This document shows positions 42,201-52,574 of a stretch of 64,000 bases of DNA, one piece after another; the first letter of the stretch is position 1, and the number at the start of each line of letters is the position of its first letter. The position numbers and the translations under genes are program-made. The DNA is from Akkermansiaceae bacterium (GTDB taxonomy: Bacteria > Verrucomicrobiota > Verrucomicrobiia > Verrucomicrobiales > Akkermansiaceae). The notes beneath the pieces are model-generated. The model made no database searches and was not told the origin of the DNA. It saw nothing but the letters and a program-made list of their open reading frames with translations. The stretch is taken from NCBI GenBank assembly GCA_051251915.1, contig JBPOGF010000021.1, positions 1 through 64,000 on the forward strand, read 5' to 3'.

Positions 42201-43136
42201 CTATGGCTGAGGCAGGATCACTGACTTAGAGTAGTGATGGCCATTTTGCGTAAGGAACTTGGAAAACTCTTCTGCTGAAGAAATAGGCCTAGTCTTAAGC
42301 GCATTCATGCCACTGTCAGATAAAACTAAGATACTCACATCCGCACTAGCCAACCTTGGAGAACTCGCCCCGGAAGGAAGTGTAAGCGCAGTCCCACCGA
42401 CCAACACTTCATTACCTTTGATGCTCAATGAATTATTAACCCCATCAGCTTGGATCGAGACTCTTTTGTAGCCTTTCTTCCCATTCTGATCTGTGTATTC
42501 AAAGTTAAAACTAAGCGTGAAATCAAAAATATTCTCTGCTAGATAATTCTCTCTCTCCACAATTTCAGCGGAAGGCACTACTCCATCAATGCTAGTCTTA
42601 GCAAGAAGCTCATCAAAAGCCTGCTTAGGCTCAATACGCTGTCTATAAAGAGAAAATACCGGCTTAGCTCCACCTGCTTCAACAACATCTTGGTGAATCA
42701 ATCTATATCTCACCATAGAAATATCCCCCCCTAGATCATCAGCAGAATTAATCTGCCCATTGTATCGATCAGTTACTGCTGAGAAAAAGCTGATTTCTAA
42801 CGGATTGACTAATTCTTTATTGGCTCCCTGACCTAAGTCGTCACCACTAATTCCACTTTCCTTGATCAATACCCATTCATAGTTATTACCTGTACGAATC
42901 ACTATTCCTTCCAGATCTTTACCCACAGAGTCAAACACCTCTTGCGCAAGCCTGGATGATCTAGCCTTCGCATTAGTCGCTTGCCAAGCACCCACCGCCA
43001 TCTTAGTCATCCCCATGAGTAACCCCACGATAACGAGCGTGATAGTCATAGAGATTAGCAGCTCGATGAGCGTGAATCCTTTCAGTGCTTTTTTCTGCAC
43101 CGTCTGTGAATTGGTATTTCTTATTTCAAATTTCAT
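42201..43136 (-). CDS. Prepilin-type N-methylation protein (Verru_Chthon cassette C / PulJ-like)
   Basis: KGFTLIELLISM. Confidence 0.85.
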   Translation of the reverse strand: MKFEIRNTNSQTVQKKALKGFTLIELLISMTITLVIVGLLMGMTKMAVGAWQATNAKARSSRLAQEVFDSVGKDLEGIVIRTGNNYEWVLIKESGISGDDLGQGANKELVNPLEISFFSAVTDRYNGQINSADDLGGDISMVRYRLIHQDVVEAGGAKPVFSLYRQRIEPKQAFDELLAKTSIDGVVPSAEIVERENYLAENIFDFTLSFNFEYTDQNGKKGYKRVSIQADGVNNSLSIKGNEVLVGGTALTLPSGASSPRLASADVSILVLSDSGMNALKTRPISSAEEFSKFLTQNGHHYSKSVILPQP

Positions 43137-43165
43137 CTTATTAAATGGTTTCTAGTGGTGTGAAT

Positions 43166-43921
43166 TTATCGACGTACTGCCATGTTGACCTCTGTGATTG
43201 CATTCCCCACATTGTCAAAATTCCAGTTTGCACTGGATACATACTGATAGTTATTTGAACTAAGTCTGAAAAACTCAGCTCGGAATGCCACTACCGCTTT
43301 AGGATAAGCATCAGCATCTGTGATATTACTACCTGGAGTATCTGGATCTGTAATACCCGCTGTATCGCGAGCAGTAAGGACGAGTTTATCAGCTGTCGAG
43401 TTTGTCGTATCCTTAACAATCTGAGTCATTCTCACCACAAACACGGCACCTTCCACAGATTGAGAAGACAATTCCTTCTCAATAATAGCATCATCCACTC
43501 CTAAAGTTCTAACTGCCGTCTGGACGATATAGTCGCGACCTTGAATCCCTTCATCTGAAGTCAAATAAGGCTCTAAGATGCCATCACTATTTGTATCATT
43601 TGTAGGATCTGCTTTGTATTGGTACATCAGCACCGCTGAGGTAGAGTCGTGCGAATCCTTGATCATCCTGAAGGCTTTGGCAAACGAGCTATCGTCTGAA
43701 TCCGATACACGCAAAATACTCATCTCATTTGAAAGCGTGTCCTTCATGCGGTTTGCATCTTTAGTACTCAGCGCCCGCTGGATATTTTTCTGTGCAGGGC
43801 CGAAGACTCCAAGAAAAGTAGTCAATAAGAGTGTGACTACGCCCATAGCAATAGCCACCTCCACGATAGAAAAGCCCTTACGAACTTTACGTTTACTATT
43901 TGAAAGAATAAATGATTTCAT
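43166..43921 (-). CDS. Prepilin-type protein (Verru_Chthon cassette B-like)
   Basis: KGFSIVEVAIAMGV. Confidence 0.82.
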   Translation of the reverse strand: MKSFILSNSKRKVRKGFSIVEVAIAMGVVTLLLTTFLGVFGPAQKNIQRALSTKDANRMKDTLSNEMSILRVSDSDDSSFAKAFRMIKDSHDSTSAVLMYQYKADPTNDTNSDGILEPYLTSDEGIQGRDYIVQTAVRTLGVDDAIIEKELSSQSVEGAVFVVRMTQIVKDTTNSTADKLVLTARDTAGITDPDTPGSNITDADAYPKAVVAFRAEFFRLSSNNYQYVSSANWNFDNVGNAITEVNMAVRR

Positions 43922-43984
43922 AATTTTATTTTAAAAATGTTTGGTTGTAGGTTGAGCTACCGACGAAGTAGCAAATACTATAAT

Positions 43985-44803
43985 TTAGAATGTTGGATCA
44001 CCTGAACCTCCAGAACCCTCCATGATTTGATCCACACTGCGGAATTTTGCCATTCTCCCATTTGCCCAAATCCTAAATCCGCCAGCGTCACGCCTTGCAT
44101 TCGCATCCTCAGAAGGGTTATCAGCTCCCGGGTTTAACTTGCCAACCTGTACCACAAACTGACCATCACTTATTGACGCTCCTGAACCGTCATCAGTTGG
44201 CTCTACGAGAGCTCCTTCAGAATTGAACTCATAAACATAGCAACTCCTAGCAGTGGTGCTACCTGGGAAGACCACACTCTCTGTCGCTGAGCCTGATTTA
44301 TTACTAAGGTTCGCATTAAAGTAAGTTTTGCTAGGTAAAGTGGTAGGTCTGGAAACAAGTTTCCATTGAGTAATAGCCTCACCATCTTCTGGAGCAAGTC
44401 CACTAGCTGTTCTGCCAGTTGCTACCCCCATCATTCTAAGGTGACGTTCGCGCTTCTCAGCTACATCTCCTCCTGCACTATCTGCATAAATCACCACTCT
44501 AGCGGGCAAGCCTGTGGATTTAGCAATTTGCCTCGCTTGAGAGAAAATACTATCAGCTAAAGGCACCGCCGTGCTCACTCCTTTAGAAGACGCCATACTC
44601 TTGATCGCTCCAACTCCGAGACCTAATAAAGTTGCAATAATTGCCATTACCACCAGCACTTCAACTAGCGTAAAGCCTCTTGCTTTCGTAATCTTATTCG
44701 CCACTTTCCTTCTCGCAGCATGTGCCTCGAACGTCGCAACGCCCCCGATATTCGACATTACTTGCTGATCTTGAGCCTCTTTTGTTAAAGTTGATAAATG
44801 CAT
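43985..44803 (-). CDS. Prepilin-type protein (Verru_Chthon cassette D / FimT-like)
   Basis: RGFTLVEVLVVMAII, SQARQIA. Confidence 0.82.
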   Translation of the reverse strand: MHLSTLTKEAQDQQVMSNIGGVATFEAHAARRKVANKITKARGFTLVEVLVVMAIIATLLGLGVGAIKSMASSKGVSTAVPLADSIFSQARQIAKSTGLPARVVIYADSAGGDVAEKRERHLRMMGVATGRTASGLAPEDGEAITQWKLVSRPTTLPSKTYFNANLSNKSGSATESVVFPGSTTARSCYVYEFNSEGALVEPTDDGSGASISDGQFVVQVGKLNPGADNPSEDANARRDAGGFRIWANGRMAKFRSVDQIMEGSGGSGDPTF

Positions 44804-44994
44804 GTTTTTTTATGGATTCAATAATTTGTGGGTCACTTTAGTGGATTTAGAGACCACTAAAAGCTATATTTTTTAAATTACGCAAATCTCACAAAGAATC
44901 AAGTTAAAATGTAAATACAAAGTAACTTCATTTTTTAAATCTTACTTATTATTCGTGATTTAAAGAAAAAAAACTGAATAAACAACCATAGTTA

Positions 44995-45702
44995 GTGAGT
45001 CGTATATGCAGAACAACCAACTTAGACACTATGAAAATCCAAAAATTATTTAGTAAATTTAATCTCCGCACCATTTCAGCGGCTCTCTGCATTTCTCTTG
45101 TCAGCTCATGCGCTTATGAATCCTACCCTGTGAATTCATCCTACGGAGGTAGCCCCTATGGAGGATCCCCATACACTCCATACGGTAATACCCGTACTGT
45201 TTCAGATCCTACCATTCCATTGATCCTCGGAGCATCTGCCATCGGTGCCATCGCCTACTACGGCAAGAAAAAGCATGATGACCGACACGACTCACGTCAT
45301 TATTCTCACAATAATTACAACCGTTACTCTAGCCAGAACTACAACCGCAATCGAAATCATAGCATCAACTACACCAGCAATAATCGCATCAATACTAACC
45401 GCAATAGCCACACCAGCAGCTACCATAACAAGAATGTGAGCAACAGCATCCGCTCTAATCATTCCAATAGCAGAAATTCTGCAGCCGATAAATACCGCAA
45501 CAGCGCTCGCGAAGCCCTAGAAAGAAAACGCAACAGCCAGCGCAGTAAACCACAAACCACCCGCCCCGACAGATCACAGGTAGTATCCACCGGCGGCTCA
45601 CGAGGAAGCAGAAGCTCCAGCACCTCGAGTAGCCAAACGACTCGCTCAAGAATAAGCGCCGCACTCAGCAAAAACGACCGCAATTCACGTTCTCGTAACT
45701 AA
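44995..45702 (+). CDS. Putative lipoprotein with disordered S/R/N-rich tail (likely start ATG 45031)
   Basis: Lipobox LVSSC; low-complexity C-terminus. Confidence 0.65.
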   Translation: MSRICRTTNLDTMKIQKLFSKFNLRTISAALCISLVSSCAYESYPVNSSYGGSPYGGSPYTPYGNTRTVSDPTIPLILGASAIGAIAYYGKKKHDDRHDSRHYSHNNYNRYSSQNYNRNRNHSINYTSNNRINTNRNSHTSSYHNKNVSNSIRSNHSNSRNSAADKYRNSAREALERKRNSQRSKPQTTRPDRSQVVSTGGSRGSRSSSTSSSQTTRSRISAALSKNDRNSRSRN

Positions 45703-45709
45703 ATAGAAA

Positions 45710-45741
45710 TTGCTTAGAGGTAAGTTTTTACCTCTAAGCAA
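45710..45741. terminator. Perfect long hairpin TTGCTTAGAGGTAA…TTACCTCTAAGCAA
   Basis: 14-bp perfect inverted repeat right after the stop codon. Confidence 0.75.
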
Positions 45742-46017
45742 AACCTTACCCCCACCTCCCAACCTAATTACCTACCCTGAACCAAAAGTTAGTTTCCTAT
45801 AGATACCTAGCACCTAGAGATTGCGTTGGCTCCTTTCCACGACAATCACTACTTTTATTTCGCTAATTCCCTCTACCACACAGCCCCATACACCTTGGTC
45901 ATCTCCATTTTATACACACAGTACAAAATCACGCCTCCCCACACTCAAACCTTGACTAACCTCCTGCTCCTGCGTTCACTCCGTGGAAATTAAGCAAACT
46001 AACCATCTCTATATAAA

Positions 46018-46518
46018 GTGAACGCATACCAAATTTACCAAGCTGCAGATCCTGCACTCATCACAGACCTCTTCACATGGCTCCGTAATGATGAGAAGGA
46101 TCTTTACAAGAACACCGTCGCATCACTCGCGCAAGACCGTAAACTCCGCCCAGTATTCATCCAGAAAAAGTCATTCCCGGACCAATGCTCATGGCTCCAC
46201 AAAACACTCAAACTCAAGTCAACAGACATGATGGGCGAGCACCTCTTCCAGCTCTTCTTCATGAAGGGAAATGAAGAACTCCTCGTAACATTCTGTGACG
46301 CCATGGAAATCGAACACGACGGCAAAGGCTCAGTAGAAGGCGAACTTCCAGACGCACTTGATGCTGATAAAGCAAAGGCAGCAGTCGATACTCTGCTAGA
46401 AAAATTTGACGCCAAGCTCGTCACTGCTTACCTCTACATTTTCAACCTTCAGTCAGAAGGCGGATGGGACAGCATCACTGCTATCCTTGAGTCAGATGAC
46501 CGTTTGAAACTCGCCTAG
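46018..46518 (+). CDS. Conserved hypothetical protein
   Basis: 166-aa ORF with host codon bias, first gene of the hisI-pheS run. Confidence 0.75.
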   Translation: MNAYQIYQAADPALITDLFTWLRNDEKDLYKNTVASLAQDRKLRPVFIQKKSFPDQCSWLHKTLKLKSTDMMGEHLFQLFFMKGNEELLVTFCDAMEIEHDGKGSVEGELPDALDADKAKAAVDTLLEKFDAKLVTAYLYIFNLQSEGGWDSITAILESDDRLKLA

Positions 46519-46566
46519 ATTTCGCGCATTTAAGAAATCTAACTAAACATCTAACAGAATATAATA

Positions 46567-47013
46567 ATGGACACCACATTTGGCTCACGCGACTCAAAAA
46601 AAGACATCGAAGAACTCCCAGTGTTCGCACCTAAGTTCGACTCCGATGGCCTCATCCCCGCCCTTGCGATGGATGCCGAGACCAAAGAGCCACTCATGCT
46701 CGCTTACATGAATGAAGAGTCACTCAAAATGACTCTCAAACTCGGCGAAGCAGTCTATTATTCACGTTCACGTAAGGAAATATGGCACAAGGGAGCCACC
46801 TCTGGACACACCCAGAAAATCAAACAAATAAAAACGGACTGCGACCAAGACGCCCTCATCCTCTATGTAGATCAGCACGGTTCAGGCGCCTGCCACACTG
46901 GCAGAAACTCCTGTTTCTACCGTGAAATTGCAGTAGGCGAAAACACATCACCCACCGCGCTTAAATTCACAGAAGACCTCACCTTCAATCCAGACGATGT
47001 CTACAAAAAATAA
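46567..47013 (+). CDS. hisI: Phosphoribosyl-AMP cyclohydrolase
   Basis: LMLAYMN, YSRSR..WHKGATSG, DCDQD, ACHTG..SCFY. Confidence 0.96.
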   Translation: MDTTFGSRDSKKDIEELPVFAPKFDSDGLIPALAMDAETKEPLMLAYMNEESLKMTLKLGEAVYYSRSRKEIWHKGATSGHTQKIKQIKTDCDQDALILYVDQHGSGACHTGRNSCFYREIAVGENTSPTALKFTEDLTFNPDDVYKK

Positions 47014-47047
47014 AGTATTTACGCTTTAAACTTTTTCCTGATCCACC

Positions 47048-48064
47048 ATGACAGACAACATTCAAAAGATTCAAGACGATGCAGTGGCTGGCATTTCAGC
47101 CGCCACAGATGCACGCAGCCTCGAAGAAGCACGCGTCGCATTTTTAGGTAAAAAAGGAACGCTCGCTGGAGCATCCGCAGGCATGAGAGACATCGCTAAC
47201 GAAGACAAACCAGCCTTCGGCGCAGCCCTCAACAAAGCCCGCGCAGCAATCAGCTCCGCACTCGATGCCAAAACCCTCGAACTTCAAAATCTCGCTGACC
47301 AGAAATCTGTCTCCGGTATCGACCTCACACTCCCAGCACGCGAACTAGCTGCTGGTGGCCTGCACCCACTCACCATCGTCAAGGACAGAGCCATCCAGAT
47401 CCTCCGCCGCATGGGCTTCGCCCTCGCTGATGGACCAGAAATAGAAACAGAATATCATTGTTTCGATGCCCTAAACACACCGGACGACCACCCAGCCCGC
47501 AACGAAAAAGACACCTTCTACTTCGATGGCGGCAAGCTCCTCCGCACCCACACATCATCCGTGCAGATCCGCACCATGGAGAACTCCACTCCACCAGTCA
47601 GAATCATCGCACCAGGCTCAGCCTACCGCCGTGATGACGTGGACGCCACACACCTACCAGTATTCAACCAACTCGAAGGCCTCTACGTCGATAAAGACGT
47701 GAAGCTAGGCGACCTCAAAGGCACACTAGAATACTTCCTCCAAGCCATGTTCGGCGACGACACAGAAGTACGCTTCCGCCCACACTTTTTCCCATTCACC
47801 GAGCCAAGCTTCGAAATCGACGTCAAACTCCACATCCAAGGCCAAGAGCCAAAATGGATCGAAGTAGCTGGCTGCGGCATGGTAGACCCAGCCGTCTTCA
47901 CCTCCATCGCCAAGCAACGCGGAGATACCGCATTTGACCCTGAAAACGTAACAGGCTACGCCTTCGGCATGGGCCTCGACCGCCTCGCAATGATCCAATA
48001 CGGAATCAAAGACATCCGCGCCCTCATCGAAAACGACACCCGCTTCCTAAGCCAGTTCGCCTAG
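47048..48064 (+). CDS. pheS: Phenylalanyl-tRNA synthetase alpha subunit
   Basis: HPAR..DTFY, LRTHTS, FPFTEPS, GCGMV, AFGMGLDR. Confidence 0.98.
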   Translation: MTDNIQKIQDDAVAGISAATDARSLEEARVAFLGKKGTLAGASAGMRDIANEDKPAFGAALNKARAAISSALDAKTLELQNLADQKSVSGIDLTLPARELAAGGLHPLTIVKDRAIQILRRMGFALADGPEIETEYHCFDALNTPDDHPARNEKDTFYFDGGKLLRTHTSSVQIRTMENSTPPVRIIAPGSAYRRDDVDATHLPVFNQLEGLYVDKDVKLGDLKGTLEYFLQAMFGDDTEVRFRPHFFPFTEPSFEIDVKLHIQGQEPKWIEVAGCGMVDPAVFTSIAKQRGDTAFDPENVTGYAFGMGLDRLAMIQYGIKDIRALIENDTRFLSQFA

Positions 48065-48169
48065 TAAGCAAGACGAGCAGGAACAGCCTAAAACCGGATG
48101 ATTTGGAACCAGCACTCCGGAAAAATAGGCTCTTACCTCCGTTGCTGAAACTATTTTTTCCTACTCTCA

Positions 48170-48742
48170 TTACCTATGCGGCGAGGCTGGTCGCTTCTTA
48201 GGTAGGGGAATCACAGGTGAAGCTACCTCCACCTTCACTGGAGCAGAAATATAAATTTGCTTCACACCTAACTCTCGGAACATCCTTAACATCACGAGAT
48301 TTTCCGCCAACAAGGATTCGCTTCGAGCCACCATGATTATTGGATCTACATCGTTCGCTTGAGCAAGCCTACAATACATACCAATAGAAGATTTCAGATC
48401 CGCCAGAGAAGCCCTATCATTTTTATTGATGACATACTCCATTCCATCATTCTCTACATCAACAACCCTCTTTATTAGCATCGGTTCTATACCTAGCTGC
48501 TTACTGTTAGGATAACCCGCTAAAACTATCAGATACTTCTTATCACCCAACATCCAGAAACAAGTTGCTGGATCTCTAGTGGATTTCTTAGGTATGATTC
48601 TTTTATAAATATGATCTAGCGCATCACCAATCGTCGCCACCTCCTTAAACTCTTCGTTCCTGATAATAATAGGATCTTTCACCACCTCCTGAGCATTAGC
48701 CGCCGCCATGAGAAAGCTGAAGATAAGTAGCCTGATGATCAT
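48170..48742 (-). CDS. Secreted hypothetical protein
   Basis: Signal peptide (ANAQE). Confidence 0.6.
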   Translation of the reverse strand: MIIRLLIFSFLMAAANAQEVVKDPIIIRNEEFKEVATIGDALDHIYKRIIPKKSTRDPATCFWMLGDKKYLIVLAGYPNSKQLGIEPMLIKRVVDVENDGMEYVINKNDRASLADLKSSIGMYCRLAQANDVDPIIMVARSESLLAENLVMLRMFRELGVKQIYISAPVKVEVASPVIPLPKKRPASPHR

Positions 48743-48744
48743 TT

Positions 48745-49569
48745 TTAAATTGATACCGTGCTAAACCCACCATCAATCACAAGCTCTGACCCAGTAATAA
48801 AGCTACCCGCCTTCGCTGAAGCCAACAGCAGCGTAGCTCCAATAAGCTCATCTGGATCTCCAAATCTACTCATCGGAGTATTACGGAAAATCTCTAATAT
48901 ATGAGCCTCATCGAGCGCCCGTTTATTATGCTCAGATGGGAAAAAACCAGGGATCAAAGTGTTCACCCGTATGTCATTGTCAGCCCACTCGCGTGCAAAG
49001 TTTTTAGTAAGATTATGCAGCGCAGCTTTGGACGCAGAGTATGCAAAAGATGTTGATACAGGTGTCATCCCCGCAATAGACCCCACATTGATAATCGCCG
49101 CAGGGATGGAGTGCTCTATGAAATACTGCCCAAACACCTGGCAAGCCTGAAAACTAGCCGTAAGATTAATATCGAGTATGGTTTGAAACTCCTCAGTTGG
49201 AATATCAAACACAGGCTTAGTAGAATTAACACCCGCACCATTGATCAAAATATCCACCTGCCCTGAACGCTCCACTACAATATCTAACAACGCATAGAGC
49301 GAACCTTTCTCCATCAAGTCAGTAGCCACGAAGTATGCTTTACTCCCAGCTCCACAGTCGTCCGCTGATGCATGAATCATATCTAGGCGCCTCTCTGCCT
49401 TTTCTTCATTTCTACCTGCAATCACCACCTCTACTCCCGCCTTCGCAAGACCTATAGCCATGTGCGAACACAACTCACCAGTACCACCTACGATGACCGC
49501 GACTTTACCTTCCAGATCATACAGTTTATCAATATAACTCATACTTAGATCATCGTTGTTAGCCCCCAT
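48745..49569 (-). CDS. SDR oxidoreductase (gluconate/mannonate dehydrogenase-like)
   Basis: GGTGEL, NGAG, YSASK, PGFF, TPMSRFG, DGGF. Confidence 0.88.
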   Translation of the reverse strand: MGANNDDLSMSYIDKLYDLEGKVAVIVGGTGELCSHMAIGLAKAGVEVVIAGRNEEKAERRLDMIHASADDCGAGSKAYFVATDLMEKGSLYALLDIVVERSGQVDILINGAGVNSTKPVFDIPTEEFQTILDINLTASFQACQVFGQYFIEHSIPAAIINVGSIAGMTPVSTSFAYSASKAALHNLTKNFAREWADNDIRVNTLIPGFFPSEHNKRALDEAHILEIFRNTPMSRFGDPDELIGATLLLASAKAGSFITGSELVIDGGFSTVSI

Positions 49570-49638
49570 TAGTCAAATGGTTTTCTCCCTTGATGATTAT
49601 TTCTGGCATTCCACAAATGACTCACTTAGTATCCCCAC

Positions 49639-50733
49639 ATGAAGGAGAAAGCACTAGCGCTACTTAAAGAACTAACAGACGCACATAGCGTCCCTGGGTA
49701 TGAAGATGAAGTAAGAGCCATCTTCGCGGATGAACTAGAAAATGTTGGAGGAACGCTAGGCTCTGACCGCCAAGGCAGCGTCTATTTCGAACGTGGCTTA
49801 GATGAAAATAGTGGCCCACGTGTCATGATCGCCGGCCACATGGATGAGGTCGGCTTTCGCGTCCAACACATTCGCCCTGACGGCTACCTCAAGTTCGTCC
49901 CCGTTGGCGGATGGTGGCCACACGTCATGCTCGCTCAGCGAGTTGAAGTGCTCACTAAAAACGGAGAAAAAATTCTAGGTGTCATTTCAAGCACTCCCCC
50001 ACATTTCCTCTCAGAAGAAAAACGCAGCAAAGTGATGGCGATAACTGACTTATTCATCGACATCGGAGCTGAAAGCGCAGAGGAAGCGAAAGAAGTATTT
50101 GGCATCGCACTCGGCGACCCCATCGCTCCAGCCACTAGCTTCACCGCCATGACTAAGGAAGGATACTACATGGCAAAGGCATTTGATAACCGCGTAGGGA
50201 TGGCATGCGCTATCCAAGCCGCACAAATATTAGTCAGAGAAGAGGGCCACCCCAACACACTCATCTCCGCCGGCACCGTCCAAGAAGAAGTAGGCCTCCG
50301 CGGAGCGCGCTCATTGGCAAATCTTGTCAAACCAGATGTAGCCATTATTTTAGAGGGTCCACCAGCTGATGACACCCCAGGATTTAGCCAGTCAGAAAGC
50401 CAAGGAAAACTAGGCGGCGGCGTACAGATCCGCCTCCATGACCCCAGCGCGATCATGAACCCACGTCTCGCTGACCTCGCGATAGAAACAGCCAAGAAAG
50501 AAAGCATCCGCCACCAGGTCACAGTCCGCAGTAGTGGCGGCACAGATGCAGGCGGCTTCAGCATGTCTAATGAAGGCGTCCCGTGCGTGGTACTCGGCGT
50601 GCCATCCAGATACATTCATTCACACAACGCCATCATTGATGTAGAAGATTACCTCTGCATGGTAAGACTCACAGTCGCCCTCGTCAAACGCCTAGACCAA
50701 GCGAAAGTAGACGAACTCGTAGAGTATCTATAG
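49639..50733 (+). CDS. M42 family metallopeptidase
   Basis: GHMDEVG, KAFDNRVG, QEEVGLRGA, GGTDAG, RYIHS. Confidence 0.94.
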   Translation: MKEKALALLKELTDAHSVPGYEDEVRAIFADELENVGGTLGSDRQGSVYFERGLDENSGPRVMIAGHMDEVGFRVQHIRPDGYLKFVPVGGWWPHVMLAQRVEVLTKNGEKILGVISSTPPHFLSEEKRSKVMAITDLFIDIGAESAEEAKEVFGIALGDPIAPATSFTAMTKEGYYMAKAFDNRVGMACAIQAAQILVREEGHPNTLISAGTVQEEVGLRGARSLANLVKPDVAIILEGPPADDTPGFSQSESQGKLGGGVQIRLHDPSAIMNPRLADLAIETAKKESIRHQVTVRSSGGTDAGGFSMSNEGVPCVVLGVPSRYIHSHNAIIDVEDYLCMVRLTVALVKRLDQAKVDELVEYL

Positions 50734-50865
50734 CATTGAGGTGCGCATATTTTGATCCTCAAATCACAAATGCGCGAAGTAGACAGTCAGAAATAGAGAT
50801 AGCTTATAGTCATCGATAAGGCGGCAATCAAGTCGCCTTGTCATGAACTACTAACTATCTATAAA

Positions 50866-51792
50866 ATGACTAAATCATCTATTCTATCAGTTGCCACTCT
50901 CGCACTTATGCCGCTCGCCACCACCGCATTTGCTGGCGACATGGTGATCATCCCACAAGATTCCGTGACAGCCCCAGGGCGTTCACTCAAGAGCGCTATC
51001 CCATCTATTTCAAACCCCACACTACACGAGCTAGCAGTTCCTCAGACACGACTTCATGGGATGATGATGCATCACAAAATCCCAGACAAGGTTAGTCTCG
51101 GCGGCAACCAAGTAGCACTCGGCGGCGACATCAACGTCTACGCACTCCAGGTCGAATTCGCCCTCAATGACCGCCTCTCCATCATCGCTTCTAAAGACGG
51201 CTTCATTGACTTCAACCCAGACAACACACTCACTGACCAAACAGGCTTCGCTAACGTAGCTGCCGGCCTCAAATACGCATTCATTTACGATGAAGAAAAG
51301 AACTTCGCAGCCAGTGCCTCCCTTTCATTCGAACTACCTACTGGCAACAGAGATGTCTTCCAAGGCAGAGGAGACGGAGCTGCACTACTCACATTCTCCG
51401 CCCTAAAACTCGCCGGACCTTGGCAGTTTTCAGCAGCCTCAGGCATCCACGTTCCATTTGACTCAGATGCAGAATCAACCACCGGATTCGCCAGCGCACA
51501 CGTGAGCTATCAGATCAACGAACGCTTCACACCAATCGCAGAAGTGAATCTCTACCACACATTCAGCGAAGGAAACACTGGCCTAGGCACAGATTTCGAA
51601 GGCGGAGACTTGATCAACTTTGGCTCACCTAACGGTAGCGCGAATGAAACCATCGTTACCGCAGCACTCGGCCTCCGCTACCAAGTTTGCACCGCACTCT
51701 CACTCGGTGTAGCCTATGAAGTCCCCCTCACTTCAGAGGAAGACAACCTAATGGACTCAAGAATCACCTTAGATTTCGTTTACCAGTTCTAG
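50866..51792 (+). CDS. Outer-membrane beta-barrel protein, function unknown
   Basis: Signal peptide, alternating beta strands, C-terminal YQF. Confidence 0.7.
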   Translation: MTKSSILSVATLALMPLATTAFAGDMVIIPQDSVTAPGRSLKSAIPSISNPTLHELAVPQTRLHGMMMHHKIPDKVSLGGNQVALGGDINVYALQVEFALNDRLSIIASKDGFIDFNPDNTLTDQTGFANVAAGLKYAFIYDEEKNFAASASLSFELPTGNRDVFQGRGDGAALLTFSALKLAGPWQFSAASGIHVPFDSDAESTTGFASAHVSYQINERFTPIAEVNLYHTFSEGNTGLGTDFEGGDLINFGSPNGSANETIVTAALGLRYQVCTALSLGVAYEVPLTSEEDNLMDSRITLDFVYQF

Positions 51793-51816
51793 GCACAGAT
51801 CCTGTACATATTGTTA

Positions 51817-52563
51817 TTAACGGTGGCGGCGATTGGAAACAATCGCCGTCATTTTTTTCTCATTTGGAGCCAGCTTTAATAAAATATAATAAAGGGAAAA
51901 TGCGATCACTTGCAAGGTGATCAAGTAATATGGATAGGGCCCCATATAATCAAACATCGTAGCAAAATCAGGCTTCCCACTCAGGAATCCATAGTTCTGA
52001 TTAATCAGAAAATTGACCCCTATCACCACTGCCATATACACCCAACTCCAAATAATAATACGCTTAAAAGCTCCTTTCCCAGGAACAATCCCCACCCCCC
52101 AGACTAATGTCGCAGCGGCAATAGGAACCCCACCATGCTGAAGGAAAAAATTATAGTATTCCAACGTAGTCCAATCATACGACAGCGTTGGAGTAAGCAA
52201 CCCCTGCGTAGTCCCTCCTAGCCCCCAAAGATATGCCACCTCCGTAAGCTTGGCATTCTTCGTAAAAAGCGCCAAAGCAGCAACGATGGAAACCACATCA
52301 CAAAGATACAAAGGCAATGCCGAATTCCAAAAGATAGTCCACCCAAGCTCTTCCCCACCCCACCGCATAAAGGTCAATACCGGATCCATCGAAACAGCGA
52401 AGATCAACAACCCGCCAAACACATACCTCACCCGAGTCTTTACCACTTCCTCAACACTAGATCGCATAAACCTCACCATCAAAAAAGCACCCACCACTGT
52501 CAGTGCAAGAGCAACAATGTGAGACAATCCGTAGTGCTGGAAGTTAGCTATAATCATAACCAA
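51817..52563 (-). CDS. TIGR02206/YwaF-like integral membrane protein
   Basis: LPLYLCD, QGLLTP, FFLQHG, NYGFL..KP, GPYPYY. Confidence 0.85.
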   Translation of the reverse strand: MVMIIANFQHYGLSHIVALALTVVGAFLMVRFMRSSVEEVVKTRVRYVFGGLLIFAVSMDPVLTFMRWGGEELGWTIFWNSALPLYLCDVVSIVAALALFTKNAKLTEVAYLWGLGGTTQGLLTPTLSYDWTTLEYYNFFLQHGGVPIAAATLVWGVGIVPGKGAFKRIIIWSWVYMAVVIGVNFLINQNYGFLSGKPDFATMFDYMGPYPYYLITLQVIAFSLYYILLKLAPNEKKMTAIVSNRRHR

Positions 52564-52574
52564 TGATGATCTCC

